Assembly: GCA_903832855.1 (NCBI GenBank)
Contig: CAILDB010000006.1
Span: 1 to 32,142, forward strand
From: an uncultured bacterium
GTDB lineage: Bacteria > Patescibacteriota > Minisyncoccia > Phycocordibacterales > GWA1-40-21
Direction of reading: 5' to 3'
DNA: 32,142 nt
Position numbers and translations under genes: made by a program. Of this stretch, positions 1-8,734 are shown one piece after another. Each line of letters starts with the position of its first letter. Positions within the stretch are counted from its first letter, which is position 1. Under the pieces are notes generated by a model. That model saw only the letters and a program-made list of their open reading frames with translations. It did no database searches and was not told the origin of the DNA.

Positions 1-45
1 AATGACTATCCAGAACAGAATTTTCAAAATGTCCTGAGTGTTCAC
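1..45 (-). CDS. 5' end of a gene running off the left edge (MNTQDILKILFWIVI...)
   Basis: GTG at 45-43 preceded by SD-like AAGAGGTGA and a TTGACT-17-TAACAT promoter (134..106); frame open to the window edge. Confidence 0.5.
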   Translation of the reverse strand, partial: MNTQDILKILFWIVI

Positions 46-149
46 TAGTCACCTCTTTCTTTTTGAAATGTTTAAGAACAAAACGAAACCTAAATTCCAT
101 CTACAATGTTAGCACAAAGAGATTAGAAAGTCAAGGTTTTGAAAATTAG

Positions 150-509
150 CTAAATAATTGTTGAAGTTGAACACTCTTCCCCGTCTGATATTGTATCTGC
201 AGAACAAGTAGTAATAGTGCAATCTTTTTCACCAGTTTCGCAGATTAGCGGATCACAACCTTCTACTGCTGGGTCACAAAGTTCAATATTAAAAGCTTTC
301 TTTTCTATCTTTTTATAATAATCTATCTGGGCAGGACAGTCAGTGCCTTCGCAAGGTGCATAGAAACAACTTTCTGTTTGTGGGTCACATTTTATTTGAG
401 CAAACACCAAATAATCTTTTTTGATTACATATTTGTGAAAAGTCACACCAATAGAAATGACAATCAAAACGCCAAATATCCAAAACAAAATTTTTGATTT
501 TTTATTCAT
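150..509 (-). CDS. Membrane-anchored Cys-rich hypothetical protein
   Basis: N-terminal basic plus TM segment, then repeated CDP..C motifs; directly follows the peptidase gene. Confidence 0.75.
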   Translation of the reverse strand: MNKKSKILFWIFGVLIVISIGVTFHKYVIKKDYLVFAQIKCDPQTESCFYAPCEGTDCPAQIDYYKKIEKKAFNIELCDPAVEGCDPLICETGEKDCTITTCSADTISDGEECSTSTII

Positions 510-512
510 ATT

Positions 513-1172
513 TTACTTTAATGTTTCAACAAAATTTTTCTCAATATCTTCTAAGCTTTTGTTGAAGACACTCAAAAATAACTTATCAAAAGCATTGCAA
601 GAATAATTTGACTTGAGTTTTTTAACTAGCTCAACAACCTTATTCAAGGAATATTTATTTATTAAAAAATCCACAAACAAACAAGAGTAGGCGTATGCAC
701 TATAATTTGAATACTTATTCCAGCCATATTCAGTTGATATTTTTGATAGATAATCATTTTCTACAAAAATACCTTTATCCCTGTATTGTGTCATTTGGTC
801 TGCAAGATACATCGATAATCCTTCATTTAACCACATTGGTATCATTTTTCCATCAGAGATTTTATTTATGTAAATATGAGATATCTCATGTTTCAATATT
901 CTTGGAAAATCATCTCTTGGATGTGAGCTGTATTTTTCAAAAGAGTCCTCGTGAATAATATCTATCTCATTTTTATCAGATGTATTTCCAACCTCCCAAT
1001 CAGAAGTTTTCCTATTCAGTTGTTTATCAAAACTTTTTCTCGTATCGTGTAATCTAACTTTTATTAAAAAATCGGTAGATATTCCTAATCTACTTTCAAT
1101 ATCTGGGATTATTTTATCCAAAATAATCTTTGTATTTTCTATATTTTTTCCTAAAACCTGTACTTTACTCAT
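513..1172 (-). CDS. Zinc metallopeptidase, peptidase MA-like (HEISH...WLNEGLS)
   Basis: HExxH plus downstream P-x-W-x-x-E-G motif; start reassigned to ATG 1172, 6 nt after TGCTATCAT. Confidence 0.75.
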   Translation of the reverse strand: MSKVQVLGKNIENTKIILDKIIPDIESRLGISTDFLIKVRLHDTRKSFDKQLNRKTSDWEVGNTSDKNEIDIIHEDSFEKYSSHPRDDFPRILKHEISHIYINKISDGKMIPMWLNEGLSMYLADQMTQYRDKGIFVENDYLSKISTEYGWNKYSNYSAYAYSCLFVDFLINKYSLNKVVELVKKLKSNYSCNAFDKLFLSVFNKSLEDIEKNFVETLK

Positions 1173-1199
1173 AGTGCAATGATAGCATAAATTTAAAAT

Positions 1200-1237
1200 A
1201 AAAAAAGGAGTAACGGTGATATTCTCACCACTACTCC
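1200..1237 (-). terminator. Intrinsic terminator after the precursor peptide gene
   Basis: GGAGTAGTGGTGA-loop-TCACCGTTACTCC followed by a T run on the minus strand. Confidence 0.75.
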
Positions 1238-1258
1238 CCCGGGCAACCCCGTCTGGCT

Positions 1259-1432
1259 TCATTTGTTGCAGCCAGTGTTCTGACAGGAAACACACTGCTG
1301 GCAGCCCCGACAGGATTGTGCCAGGACTCCATCCATGATCCTCACAGGAGTGTTTTGCTCACTCCTGTCAAAACCACGGTTGAGGAGCTCATGTGTATCC
1401 GCAAAGAACTCAGATACCAGGTCCGTTTTCAT
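1259..1432 (-). CDS. Putative RiPP precursor peptide, 57 aa, Cys-rich C-terminus
   Basis: Hand-translated MKTDLVSEFFADTHELLNRGFDRSEQNTPVRIMDGVLAQSCRGCQQCVSCQNTGCNK*; SD AAGGAG 7 nt upstream; 34 nt downstream of the radical SAM gene; terminator follows. Confidence 0.8.
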   Translation of the reverse strand: MKTDLVSEFFADTHELLNRGFDRSEQNTPVRIMDGVLAQSCRGCQQCVSCQNTGCNK

Positions 1433-1466
1433 GTTTTTTCTCCTTTTTTAGGTTTATCTTACTGCA

Positions 1467-2795
1467 TCAATTACTAACTTTCTTCACCTCCTTTCTTTTA
1501 ACTATCCCAGAAAAAACCAACTTCTGTATCACAGGTTCGAGCATCTCTTCTGTGTGTCCAGTCTTTTTCGCTAATAAACCGAGAGAAAAGCTCTCGAACT
1601 GTTTAATGAGCGAAACAAAACCAAACCCCTTCGAAGTAAGATACTCTAGCTTGCCATATACAGATACAACATACCCGTTCTGTTCCTCTCTGATTATACA
1701 ATGTTTGTTGAATTCAAACAAGTCGTTTGCGTCCAACAGAACTGGACATTCTCCTCGTGGTAACAGGGCCACTCTTTTCGGATCAGATATTGGTTCTGTC
1801 ATATACATGTCTTGCCCATTGTATAATCCAGTGGTAGTTCTCGCTGACATGCGACATCCACCTTCACACACCATAAGGGCATTACATTTTATACATTTCT
1901 CTGGAAGGATTGACGGCGATGACCATTCCTTCATTTTTTCCCAAACATCCAGAAACTTATCTGGCAACACATTACCGTATAACACATCAGAGTGTATACA
2001 CGGTCTCATATCACCTCTAGATGAAATGGCACAAGAAGAAACAGCCGCCGAGCACATTCTATTACCAAAAAAACGTACGAACTCGTTCTCATCTTCTGGT
2101 CCAAAAAGGCATCTCGCCAAGGGTTCAAGTACATCTACAGTAAGGGTCAGTTCTGAACTAATCCTTATGAGCTCCCTCAAGCAAACCTTGCATTCCTCCG
2201 CCGATAAACATAATGGAATGTTTGATTTACAAGACGGTACGATTGGTCCAGAACAAAAGTTTTTTACACCAATGTCTTTGACCAACTTAGCCGTATCCCA
2301 TAGAGAAGACAGACTGATCTTTGATACTGGCATATTGACTGCAACATCAATTCCAGCATCAAGGAGGTTTCTAATCCCGTCAATCGTTTTGGCGAAACTA
2401 CCTCCTGGTCCAGCTATAGAGTTATGTACTACTTCCGGTCCAAGAACAGAGATCAGGGCATGGTTCAAACCACGCCCAGCCAGAGTCCTGGCATCCTCTT
2501 TTTCGATGAGTACGCCGTTACTGTTTAGACCTATGTCTATATCAAGCCGGTGTAGCTCAGACACTAAGTCAAACAAGACCTTCTTCCGTAACATTGGCTC
2601 TCCACCAGTGAGCGTAACGGAGCCAACTTTCGCAGAATGGATTTGTCTGACAATCGTTATGAACTCGGCTGTACCAAGTTCATCATTGGGCGGATTCTTA
2701 TCCTTTCTCCAATAATTGTAACAATGCCGGCAAATCTGATTACAACGCTCAGTCAATTCAATCTGGACATCTAACGGAGACGATAGCCTATTCAT
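1467..2795 (-). CDS. Radical SAM/SPASM domain peptide maturase with C-terminal PqqD/RRE-like extension
   Basis: CNQICRHC (CxxxCxxC), LTGGEP, SPASM cysteines CSAAVSSC...RPC...CIKC...CEGGC; SD-like GAAAGGA. Confidence 0.9.
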   Translation of the reverse strand: MNRLSSPLDVQIELTERCNQICRHCYNYWRKDKNPPNDELGTAEFITIVRQIHSAKVGSVTLTGGEPMLRKKVLFDLVSELHRLDIDIGLNSNGVLIEKEDARTLAGRGLNHALISVLGPEVVHNSIAGPGGSFAKTIDGIRNLLDAGIDVAVNMPVSKISLSSLWDTAKLVKDIGVKNFCSGPIVPSCKSNIPLCLSAEECKVCLRELIRISSELTLTVDVLEPLARCLFGPEDENEFVRFFGNRMCSAAVSSCAISSRGDMRPCIHSDVLYGNVLPDKFLDVWEKMKEWSSPSILPEKCIKCNALMVCEGGCRMSARTTTGLYNGQDMYMTEPISDPKRVALLPRGECPVLLDANDLFEFNKHCIIREEQNGYVVSVYGKLEYLTSKGFGFVSLIKQFESFSLGLLAKKTGHTEEMLEPVIQKLVFSGIVKRKEVKKVSN

Positions 2796-2860
2796 GATTT
2801 AGTTCCTTTCGTGGTTTGTAAAAGACCTTCATCTTAGAACACCTAAGACATCTGTTGTAA

Positions 2861-2888
2861 AGACTAGCAAGCTAATAGTAAATGTCAA
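2861..2888 (-). promoter_or_regulatory. Sigma70-type promoter of the rSAM operon
   Basis: TTGACA-16-TAGTCT with extended TG. Confidence 0.55.
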
Positions 2889-3220
2889 GGACGGTCAATT
2901 GTTCCTCATACTATGCTAGTTGTAGACTCAGTAGACATACCCAAATCCTCTAGTTCTTTGATTGAAAGCTTGATATCGTCACTATGTTGAATAAGTTCGG
3001 AAAGCCAGTATAATGGGTCACAATAAAGAAAAAGACTGGACTGCTCCAGTCTTTTTCTTTATTGTGAAAGCGCAGTGATATTTTGTCAGCAGACAAAATC
3101 ACGAGCTGGGGTCGCAAACACTTACACATTTTGAAATTAATTAATTTAAAAATGTTTAGTGATTTGTGACTACATAATTTATGAATGCGAAGCATACGAA
3201 AATCTGCTATAATCAAAAAT

Positions 3221-3946
3221 ATGGAAGTTGTTTTCCTGTCAATTTTAACTTTTATTTCCACCGCACTTGGCGGGCTTTTTTCAATTAAACAGAAAGATAA
3301 TCTTCACAGAATAATGGGCTTTACTGCAGGAGTGCTTCTTGGAGTCGTGTTTTTTGATATTTTCCCTGAAATTATAAATTTGATTAAGGAAAATAATTTT
3401 AGTTCAAATGGAGTTATGATTGCTCTTGTCCTTGGATTTTTGGTTTTTCATATTTTGGAAAAGACGATTTTGATTCACCATTCACACGAGGATGAATATG
3501 CAGACCACAAACATCCACAAGTTGGTGTCGCTTCGGCACTAGCACTCGTAGTTCACAGTTTTATGGATGGTGCAGGTATTGGTCTAGGTTTTCAAGTAAG
3601 TAACGAAGTTGGAATTTTAGTGGCAATCGCTGTCATAGCTCACGATTTTACTGATGGGATGAATACTGTTACGTTAATGCTAACCCACAAAAACAGTTTG
3701 TTGAAAGCAAAATGGTTTTTATTACTAGACGCACTGGCACCGATTCTCGGAGCTATATCCACATTATTTTTTAAAGTTCCAACGAATTTCCTTGTTTTGT
3801 ATCTTGGATTTTTTGCCGGCTTTCTCCTCTACATTGGTGCAAGCGATATTTTACCTGAGGCACATAGTAAAAATAGTTCACTCAAAACAATTGCTTTAAC
3901 CATTGCTGGAGTAATTCTTATTTTTATAATTACTCGTCTAGTCTAA
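3221..3946 (+). CDS. ZIP family divalent metal (zinc) transporter, ZupT-like
   Basis: Multiple TM helices, His-rich loop HHSHEDEYADHKH, HSFMDG and AHDFTDG motifs; start set at ATG 3221. Confidence 0.9.
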   Translation: MEVVFLSILTFISTALGGLFSIKQKDNLHRIMGFTAGVLLGVVFFDIFPEIINLIKENNFSSNGVMIALVLGFLVFHILEKTILIHHSHEDEYADHKHPQVGVASALALVVHSFMDGAGIGLGFQVSNEVGILVAIAVIAHDFTDGMNTVTLMLTHKNSLLKAKWFLLLDALAPILGAISTLFFKVPTNFLVLYLGFFAGFLLYIGASDILPEAHSKNSSLKTIALTIAGVILIFIITRLV

Positions 3947-3982
3947 GTTGATTAAATTTCAATTTTAGATTACTCTTCTAAT

Positions 3983-5170
3983 ATGATTATTTTAGGTATT
4001 GAAACATCCTGCGACGAGACAGCAATAAGCACTTTGGATATTGAAAAAATTGGAGAAAAAACGGTTATAAAAGTTCTGGGAAATCAACTTTTTTCACAAA
4101 TTGCAATACACGCACAATACGGCGGGGTCTTCCCTATGATGGCCAAAAGATCTCACGCAGAAAATATTCTTCCGTTATTTTCGGAATGTTTGAAGGAAGC
4201 AGGACTTTATAATGAAACTCGAACTGAATTGTCGGAAGAAAAAATTCAAAAGACAAAAGAAATTTTAGAAAGAGAATTTGAACTTGCAGAAAAAGTTGTG
4301 GAATTTGCAAAAAATGTTTCTGCTCCGAAAATTGATGCAATTTCCGTCACACAAGGTCCCGGACTTGAGCCAGCACTTTGGGTTGGACTCAACTTTGCAA
4401 AAGCAATTTCATATCTTTGGGACATTCCGCTCATTCCCACAAATCATATGGAGGGGCACATTTTTGCAGGGCTTATGCAAAAGTCTGAAAGCGGTTACGA
4501 AATCACAAATCCAGAAATGCCAGCAATTTCATTGCTTATTAGCGGTGGTCACACACAGCTCGTTCTCTCAAAATCATTACAAGAATATGAGGTTGTGGGC
4601 GAAACAAGAGATGATGCCGTGGGTGAAGCATTTGATAAGGTGGCAAGAATTATTGGACTTCCCTATCCTGGTGGACCGCAAATTTCTAAACTTGCTGAAA
4701 AAGAAAGAATGGATTGCTTCGCAGAGCTCGCAAAGACAGAAGAGAAAAAATGGAATTTCCCTCGCCCAATGATTCACTCAAAAGATTTGAACTTTTCTTT
4801 TTCTGGATTAAAAACTTCCATACTTTACACTGTCAAAAAAATCCCTGAAATGACAGAAAAAATAAAACAAGAAATTGCGCGAGAATTTGAAGACGCTGTA
4901 GTAGAAGTCCTCACACACAAAACAAAGGATGCGATAGAACAGTATGGAGCAAAAACCCTCATACTCGGTGGAGGAGTAAGTGCCAACAAAGAAATTCGAA
5001 AGAAACTGGCCGAGCTCGCAGACTCGCTCGGCGTCTCTTTCTTCGTCCCAGAAATCAGTGCCTCAACCGACAACTCTCTCATGATGGCGGTCGCTGGGTT
5101 TTTTAATTTTCATAATCAAAAACCATATTCCGGAGAAACTCTCAAGGCTGATGGCAATTTGACTTTGTAA
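3983..5170 (+). CDS. tsaD: tRNA threonylcarbamoyladenosine transferase TsaD
   Basis: ILGIETSCDET, GPGL, NHMEGH, SGGHT, TRDDAVGEAFDK, FSFSGLK motifs. Confidence 0.97.
   Translation: MIILGIETSCDETAISTLDIEKIGEKTVIKVLGNQLFSQIAIHAQYGGVFPMMAKRSHAENILPLFSECLKEAGLYNETRTELSEEKIQKTKEILEREFELAEKVVEFAKNVSAPKIDAISVTQGPGLEPALWVGLNFAKAISYLWDIPLIPTNHMEGHIFAGLMQKSESGYEITNPEMPAISLLISGGHTQLVLSKSLQEYEVVGETRDDAVGEAFDKVARIIGLPYPGGPQISKLAEKERMDCFAELAKTEEKKWNFPRPMIHSKDLNFSFSGLKTSILYTVKKIPEMTEKIKQEIAREFEDAVVEVLTHKTKDAIEQYGAKTLILGGGVSANKEIRKKLAELADSLGVSFFVPEISASTDNSLMMAVAGFFNFHNQKPYSGETLKADGNLTL
4710..4740 (+). repeat. Palindromic repeat copy inside tsaD
   Basis: TGGATTGCTTCGCAGAGCTCGCAAAGACAGA matches copies at 14729-14759 and 18207-18237. 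Confidence 0.85.
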
Positions 5171-5193
5171 AAGTCTTTTGCTAATCTTTATGA

Positions 5194-5325
5194 ATCGCCA
5201 CCAGTCCGAACTTTGCGGGATTGGGAGTTGATCAAGGACATACAGGTGGTTCTCTTTCCGGAAGAGGACTGCAGTAAAGCCGACACAGCAAGGGTAGTTG
5301 TTCTCCTTCCAGGAGGTGACGACTA
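5194..5325 (+). ncRNA. Candidate rod-shaped small RNA (6S-like?)
   Basis: Promoter TTGACT-17-TAATCT (5159-5187), end-to-end pairing, terminator at 5327; no credible ORF. Confidence 0.45.
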
Positions 5326-5326
5326 C

Positions 5327-5356
5327 GCCGTACCTACACGTGGGTACGGCTTTTTT
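5327..5356 (+). terminator. Intrinsic terminator
   Basis: GCCGTACC-8nt-GGTACGGC-TTTTTT. Confidence 0.8.
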
Positions 5357-5670
5357 ATTTCCCAAAAAACATTATTTTTGCTATTATCAACGCAGTAACC
5401 GACGTGAAGGATTTCTCTCATCCAAAAGTCGGTGAGGCGGTCGCGCCCGAGAGATCGTCTGGTTTGGCAACTCACCACACTTATCGGACTAAAGAATAGG
5501 AGAGAATTAAAGCGAACTTGTACACAAGCCAAGATTCCGCTTGCCACCCTGACCTGAGCCCGCATCTTTCCTTATTAGTACGAATCCTAGGTTCGCAACG
5601 AAAAGGAGAAATGACGAAGCGGGGGTGGTTTTTCTTTGTCTAAATATCATTTATTTGCTATTATTTACCC

Positions 5671-7842
5671 GTGAACGACAAATTTTTAAAACCATACAAT
5701 CCGCAAGAAACTGAGCCAAGAATTTACAAAGAATGGCTAGATAGCGGTTTTTTTAATCCTGATAATCTTCCGGAAAGACACAAGATTCCATACACTATAA
5801 TGATGCCTCCGCCAAATGTTACGGGGATTTTACATATGGGCCATGCAATGATGCTTACCGTGGAAGACATAATGATTCGTTATCAAAGAATGCTTGGCAA
5901 AAAAACTCTCTGGCTCCCAGGCACAGATCACGCCGCCATCGCCACTCAAGCGAGAGTTGAAAAAGATATTTATAAAAAAGAAGAAAAAAACAGATACGAC
6001 CTCGGCCGAGAAGAACTTTTAAAAAGAATTGATAAATTTGCAAAAGAAAGTCACGATACTATCACCTCACAAATAAAAGTGCTGGGTGCTTCTTGCGATT
6101 GGTCTCGAGAGGCATTTACTTTGGATGAAAAAAGAAATCTCGCAGTCCGCACCGTCTTCAAAAAAATGTATGATGACGGACTTATTTATCGTGGAAATAG
6201 AATTATAAACTGGGACCCAAAAGGTCAGACGACTATTTCTGATGATGAAATCGTCTATGAGGAAGAAAAAACAAAATTTTATTATTTTAAATATGGTCCA
6301 TTTGTAATCGGAACTACTAGACCTGAAACAAAATTTGGCGATAAATATGTCGTTATGCATCCAGATGACAAAAGGTATTCCGAATACAAACATGGACAAA
6401 AGATAGATCTTGAATGGATAAACGGACCAATCACTGCAACAGTAATAAAGGATAAATCCATCGACATGGAATTTGGAACTGGCGTGATGACGATTACTCC
6501 TTGGCACAGCAAAGAGGATTTTGAAATTGGAGAGAGACACAATCTAGATAAGGAACAAATAATAGATAAGTATGGGCGACTTTTACCGATTGCTGGAGAA
6601 TTTTCCGGTATGAAGATAGCAGAGGCCAGATTAAAAATAATTGAAAAATTAAAATCAAAGGGTCTTCTTGAAAGAGAAGAAGATTATATACACAACACCG
6701 CGACAGCGGAAAGAACAGGAGGAAAAATTGAACCTCAAATAATGAACCAGTGGTTTGTCGCAGTGAATAAAAAGTTCACACTTCCCCACTCAGAAATAAA
6801 TGGCATCTCAAGTGGCGCAGAAACTACATTAAAAGAAATAATGAAAAACGCCGTGGAAGGTGGCCTAGTAAATATTATTCCTGATTATTTTTCCAAAACA
6901 TATTTTCATTGGATAGAAAACTTGAGTGACTGGTGCATTTCAAGACAAATTTGGTATGGTCACAGAATTCCAGTTTGGTATAAAGGTGAGGAAATTTATT
7001 GTGATATTGAAGCACCAAAAGATGACGGCTATGTACAAGACGAAGATACACTAGACACATGGTTTTCATCCGCACTTTGGACTTTTTCTGCGCTCGGTTG
7101 GCCAGAAAAAACAAAAGATTTGGAACTTTACCATCCGACAGACGTGCTAGAAACTGGGTATGGAATTATTTTCTTTTGGGTTGCTAGAATGATAATGATG
7201 TCAGGATACAATCTCGGCACGATTCCATTTAAAAATGTTTATTTCCACGGCACAGTCAGAGATGCAAAAGGCAGGATAATGTCAAAATCTCTCGGAAATG
7301 GTATGGACCCACTGGAAGTTGCCAAAAAGTTTGGAATGGATGCTGGCAGAATGGCACTCATTGTAGGCATCGCTCCAGGCACAGATACCAAAATTGCAGA
7401 AGATAAAATAAAAGGCTACAAAAACTTTGCAAATAAAGTTTGGAATATTGCAAGATTTGTTTTTTCAAATACCGAAGATGTAAAATATGACCCAACGTTT
7501 GAGGACTACAATATTTCTGATAAAGAACTCATAGACGAGAGACGAGCAGTTTTGGAAGATATTACCGGAGAAATGAATGAATACAAAATTTACATAGCGA
7601 GCGAAAAATTGTATCATTACATCTGGCACAGATTTGCAGACATTATTCTAGAAGAAAGTAAAAAGATTTTTGACAGCGGAAAACCAGAAGAAAAAGTTTC
7701 TAGAAAGCAGTTTTTGTTGAAAACTTTTGATGAAATACTGCACGCTTTACACCCATTTATGCCATTTCTTACAGAAGAAATCTGGAGTGAAATGCCAATA
7801 GACAACAAAAAACTTTTGATGATAGAAAAATGGCCAATTTAA
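5671..7842 (+). CDS. valS: Valine--tRNA ligase, lacking the C-terminal coiled coil
   Basis: PPPNVTG-LHMGH, GTDHA, DWCISRQIWYGH, DTWFSS, MSKS. Confidence 0.97.
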   Translation: MNDKFLKPYNPQETEPRIYKEWLDSGFFNPDNLPERHKIPYTIMMPPPNVTGILHMGHAMMLTVEDIMIRYQRMLGKKTLWLPGTDHAAIATQARVEKDIYKKEEKNRYDLGREELLKRIDKFAKESHDTITSQIKVLGASCDWSREAFTLDEKRNLAVRTVFKKMYDDGLIYRGNRIINWDPKGQTTISDDEIVYEEEKTKFYYFKYGPFVIGTTRPETKFGDKYVVMHPDDKRYSEYKHGQKIDLEWINGPITATVIKDKSIDMEFGTGVMTITPWHSKEDFEIGERHNLDKEQIIDKYGRLLPIAGEFSGMKIAEARLKIIEKLKSKGLLEREEDYIHNTATAERTGGKIEPQIMNQWFVAVNKKFTLPHSEINGISSGAETTLKEIMKNAVEGGLVNIIPDYFSKTYFHWIENLSDWCISRQIWYGHRIPVWYKGEEIYCDIEAPKDDGYVQDEDTLDTWFSSALWTFSALGWPEKTKDLELYHPTDVLETGYGIIFFWVARMIMMSGYNLGTIPFKNVYFHGTVRDAKGRIMSKSLGNGMDPLEVAKKFGMDAGRMALIVGIAPGTDTKIAEDKIKGYKNFANKVWNIARFVFSNTEDVKYDPTFEDYNISDKELIDERRAVLEDITGEMNEYKIYIASEKLYHYIWHRFADIILEESKKIFDSGKPEEKVSRKQFLLKTFDEILHALHPFMPFLTEEIWSEMPIDNKKLLMIEKWPI

Positions 7843-7846
7843 AAAA

Positions 7847-8632
7847 ATGCATATTAGCACACAATTAATTACTACTTTATTCTTTGCATCTATCGGTGGT
7901 TTATTACCTGTATGTATTTGGCTTTATTTTTGGCTTAGGGAAGACAGGCTCTGTCCAGAACCAAAATTTTTAATTTTCTTAACTTTTCTCGGTGGTGCAA
8001 TCGGAACAGTTGTTGCTTTGTTTTTAGAAAAATTAGTTTATTCAGTAAATATTTTATCATTCTTTTCTTCCCAGCATCTTTCACAAATAAATGATTTTAT
8101 CAGAAATTCAATGCAATCGGGAGTGACTCTGGAAAAATTATTGATGGTTGCATTTTTTGCTCCCATAATAGAAGAACTTGTTAAATTTTTCTTTGCGTAT
8201 TTTATTGCTATGAGAAATAAAGCAAATGATGAGCCAATCGACCCAATTATTTATATGATTACGGCAGCACTTGGATTTGCTGCTATTGAAAACTTATTCT
8301 TTCTCATAGATCCACTTACTAAAAATAACCTTATTTTTGGCCTTCTTACTGGAAATATGAGATTTATCGGAGCTACACTTTTACACACGGTTTCTTCTGC
8401 CGTTATTGGAATGTTTCTAGGATTTACATATTTCAAAACGAGAGGAAAAAAGTGGTTTTATACAGTCGCGGGAATTATTTTTGCAATCCTCTTGCATTCC
8501 GCCTTTAATTTTTCTATAATTATGAAAGGTGAAAATAATGCGATGCTTTCAATGGAAAGTATTTGGATCGTCGTAGTCATTATTCTTTTGCTTTTTGAAA
8601 AAATCAAAAATATTAAACTTAATAAAATTTAA
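7847..8632 (+). CDS. PrsW-family intramembrane glutamic protease
   Basis: APIIEELVK, GFAAIEN and two conserved His in TM helices. Confidence 0.88.
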   Translation: MHISTQLITTLFFASIGGLLPVCIWLYFWLREDRLCPEPKFLIFLTFLGGAIGTVVALFLEKLVYSVNILSFFSSQHLSQINDFIRNSMQSGVTLEKLLMVAFFAPIIEELVKFFFAYFIAMRNKANDEPIDPIIYMITAALGFAAIENLFFLIDPLTKNNLIFGLLTGNMRFIGATLLHTVSSAVIGMFLGFTYFKTRGKKWFYTVAGIIFAILLHSAFNFSIIMKGENNAMLSMESIWIVVVIILLLFEKIKNIKLNKI

Positions 8633-8635
8633 TTC

Positions 8636-8724
8636 ACCCTAAAAAATTTTTACTGTCGCATTCGCTTCAAGCGAATGCATGGAAAATTTGAGAAAATTTT
8701 CTAACAGTAAAAACTTTAAAGGGT
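8636..8724. repeat. Composite inverted-repeat element
   Basis: ACCCT..TTTTTACTGT / ACAGTAAAAA..AGGGT arms enclosing GCATTCGCTT-C-AAGCGAATGC and GAAAATTT..AAATTTTC hairpins. Confidence 0.6.
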
Positions 8725-8734
8725 AAACAATATT

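Noticed and set aside
1173-1295. N-terminal extension of the peptidase in the ORF track
   Set aside because: Overlaps the precursor gene and its terminator; better start at 1172
1393-2715. 440-aa + strand ORF
   Set aside because: Antisense shadow of the radical SAM gene; no motifs or start signals
2950-3261. 103-aa minus-strand ORF
   Set aside because: Overlaps the ZIP gene start; no recognisable features
5230-5285. SRP 4.5S RNA (CAGG..CCGGAAG..GCAG)
   Set aside because: Spacing does not form the domain IV symmetric loop
5390-5580. RNase P RNA on the minus strand (AGGAAAGATGCGGGCTC resembles the P4 5' strand)
   Set aside because: No matching ACAGAA..GGCTTA 3' strand or other conserved regions found
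5600-5640. T-box riboswitch before valS
   Set aside because: GGGTGG is not followed by NACC; no recognisable stem I; valS has its own adjacent -10
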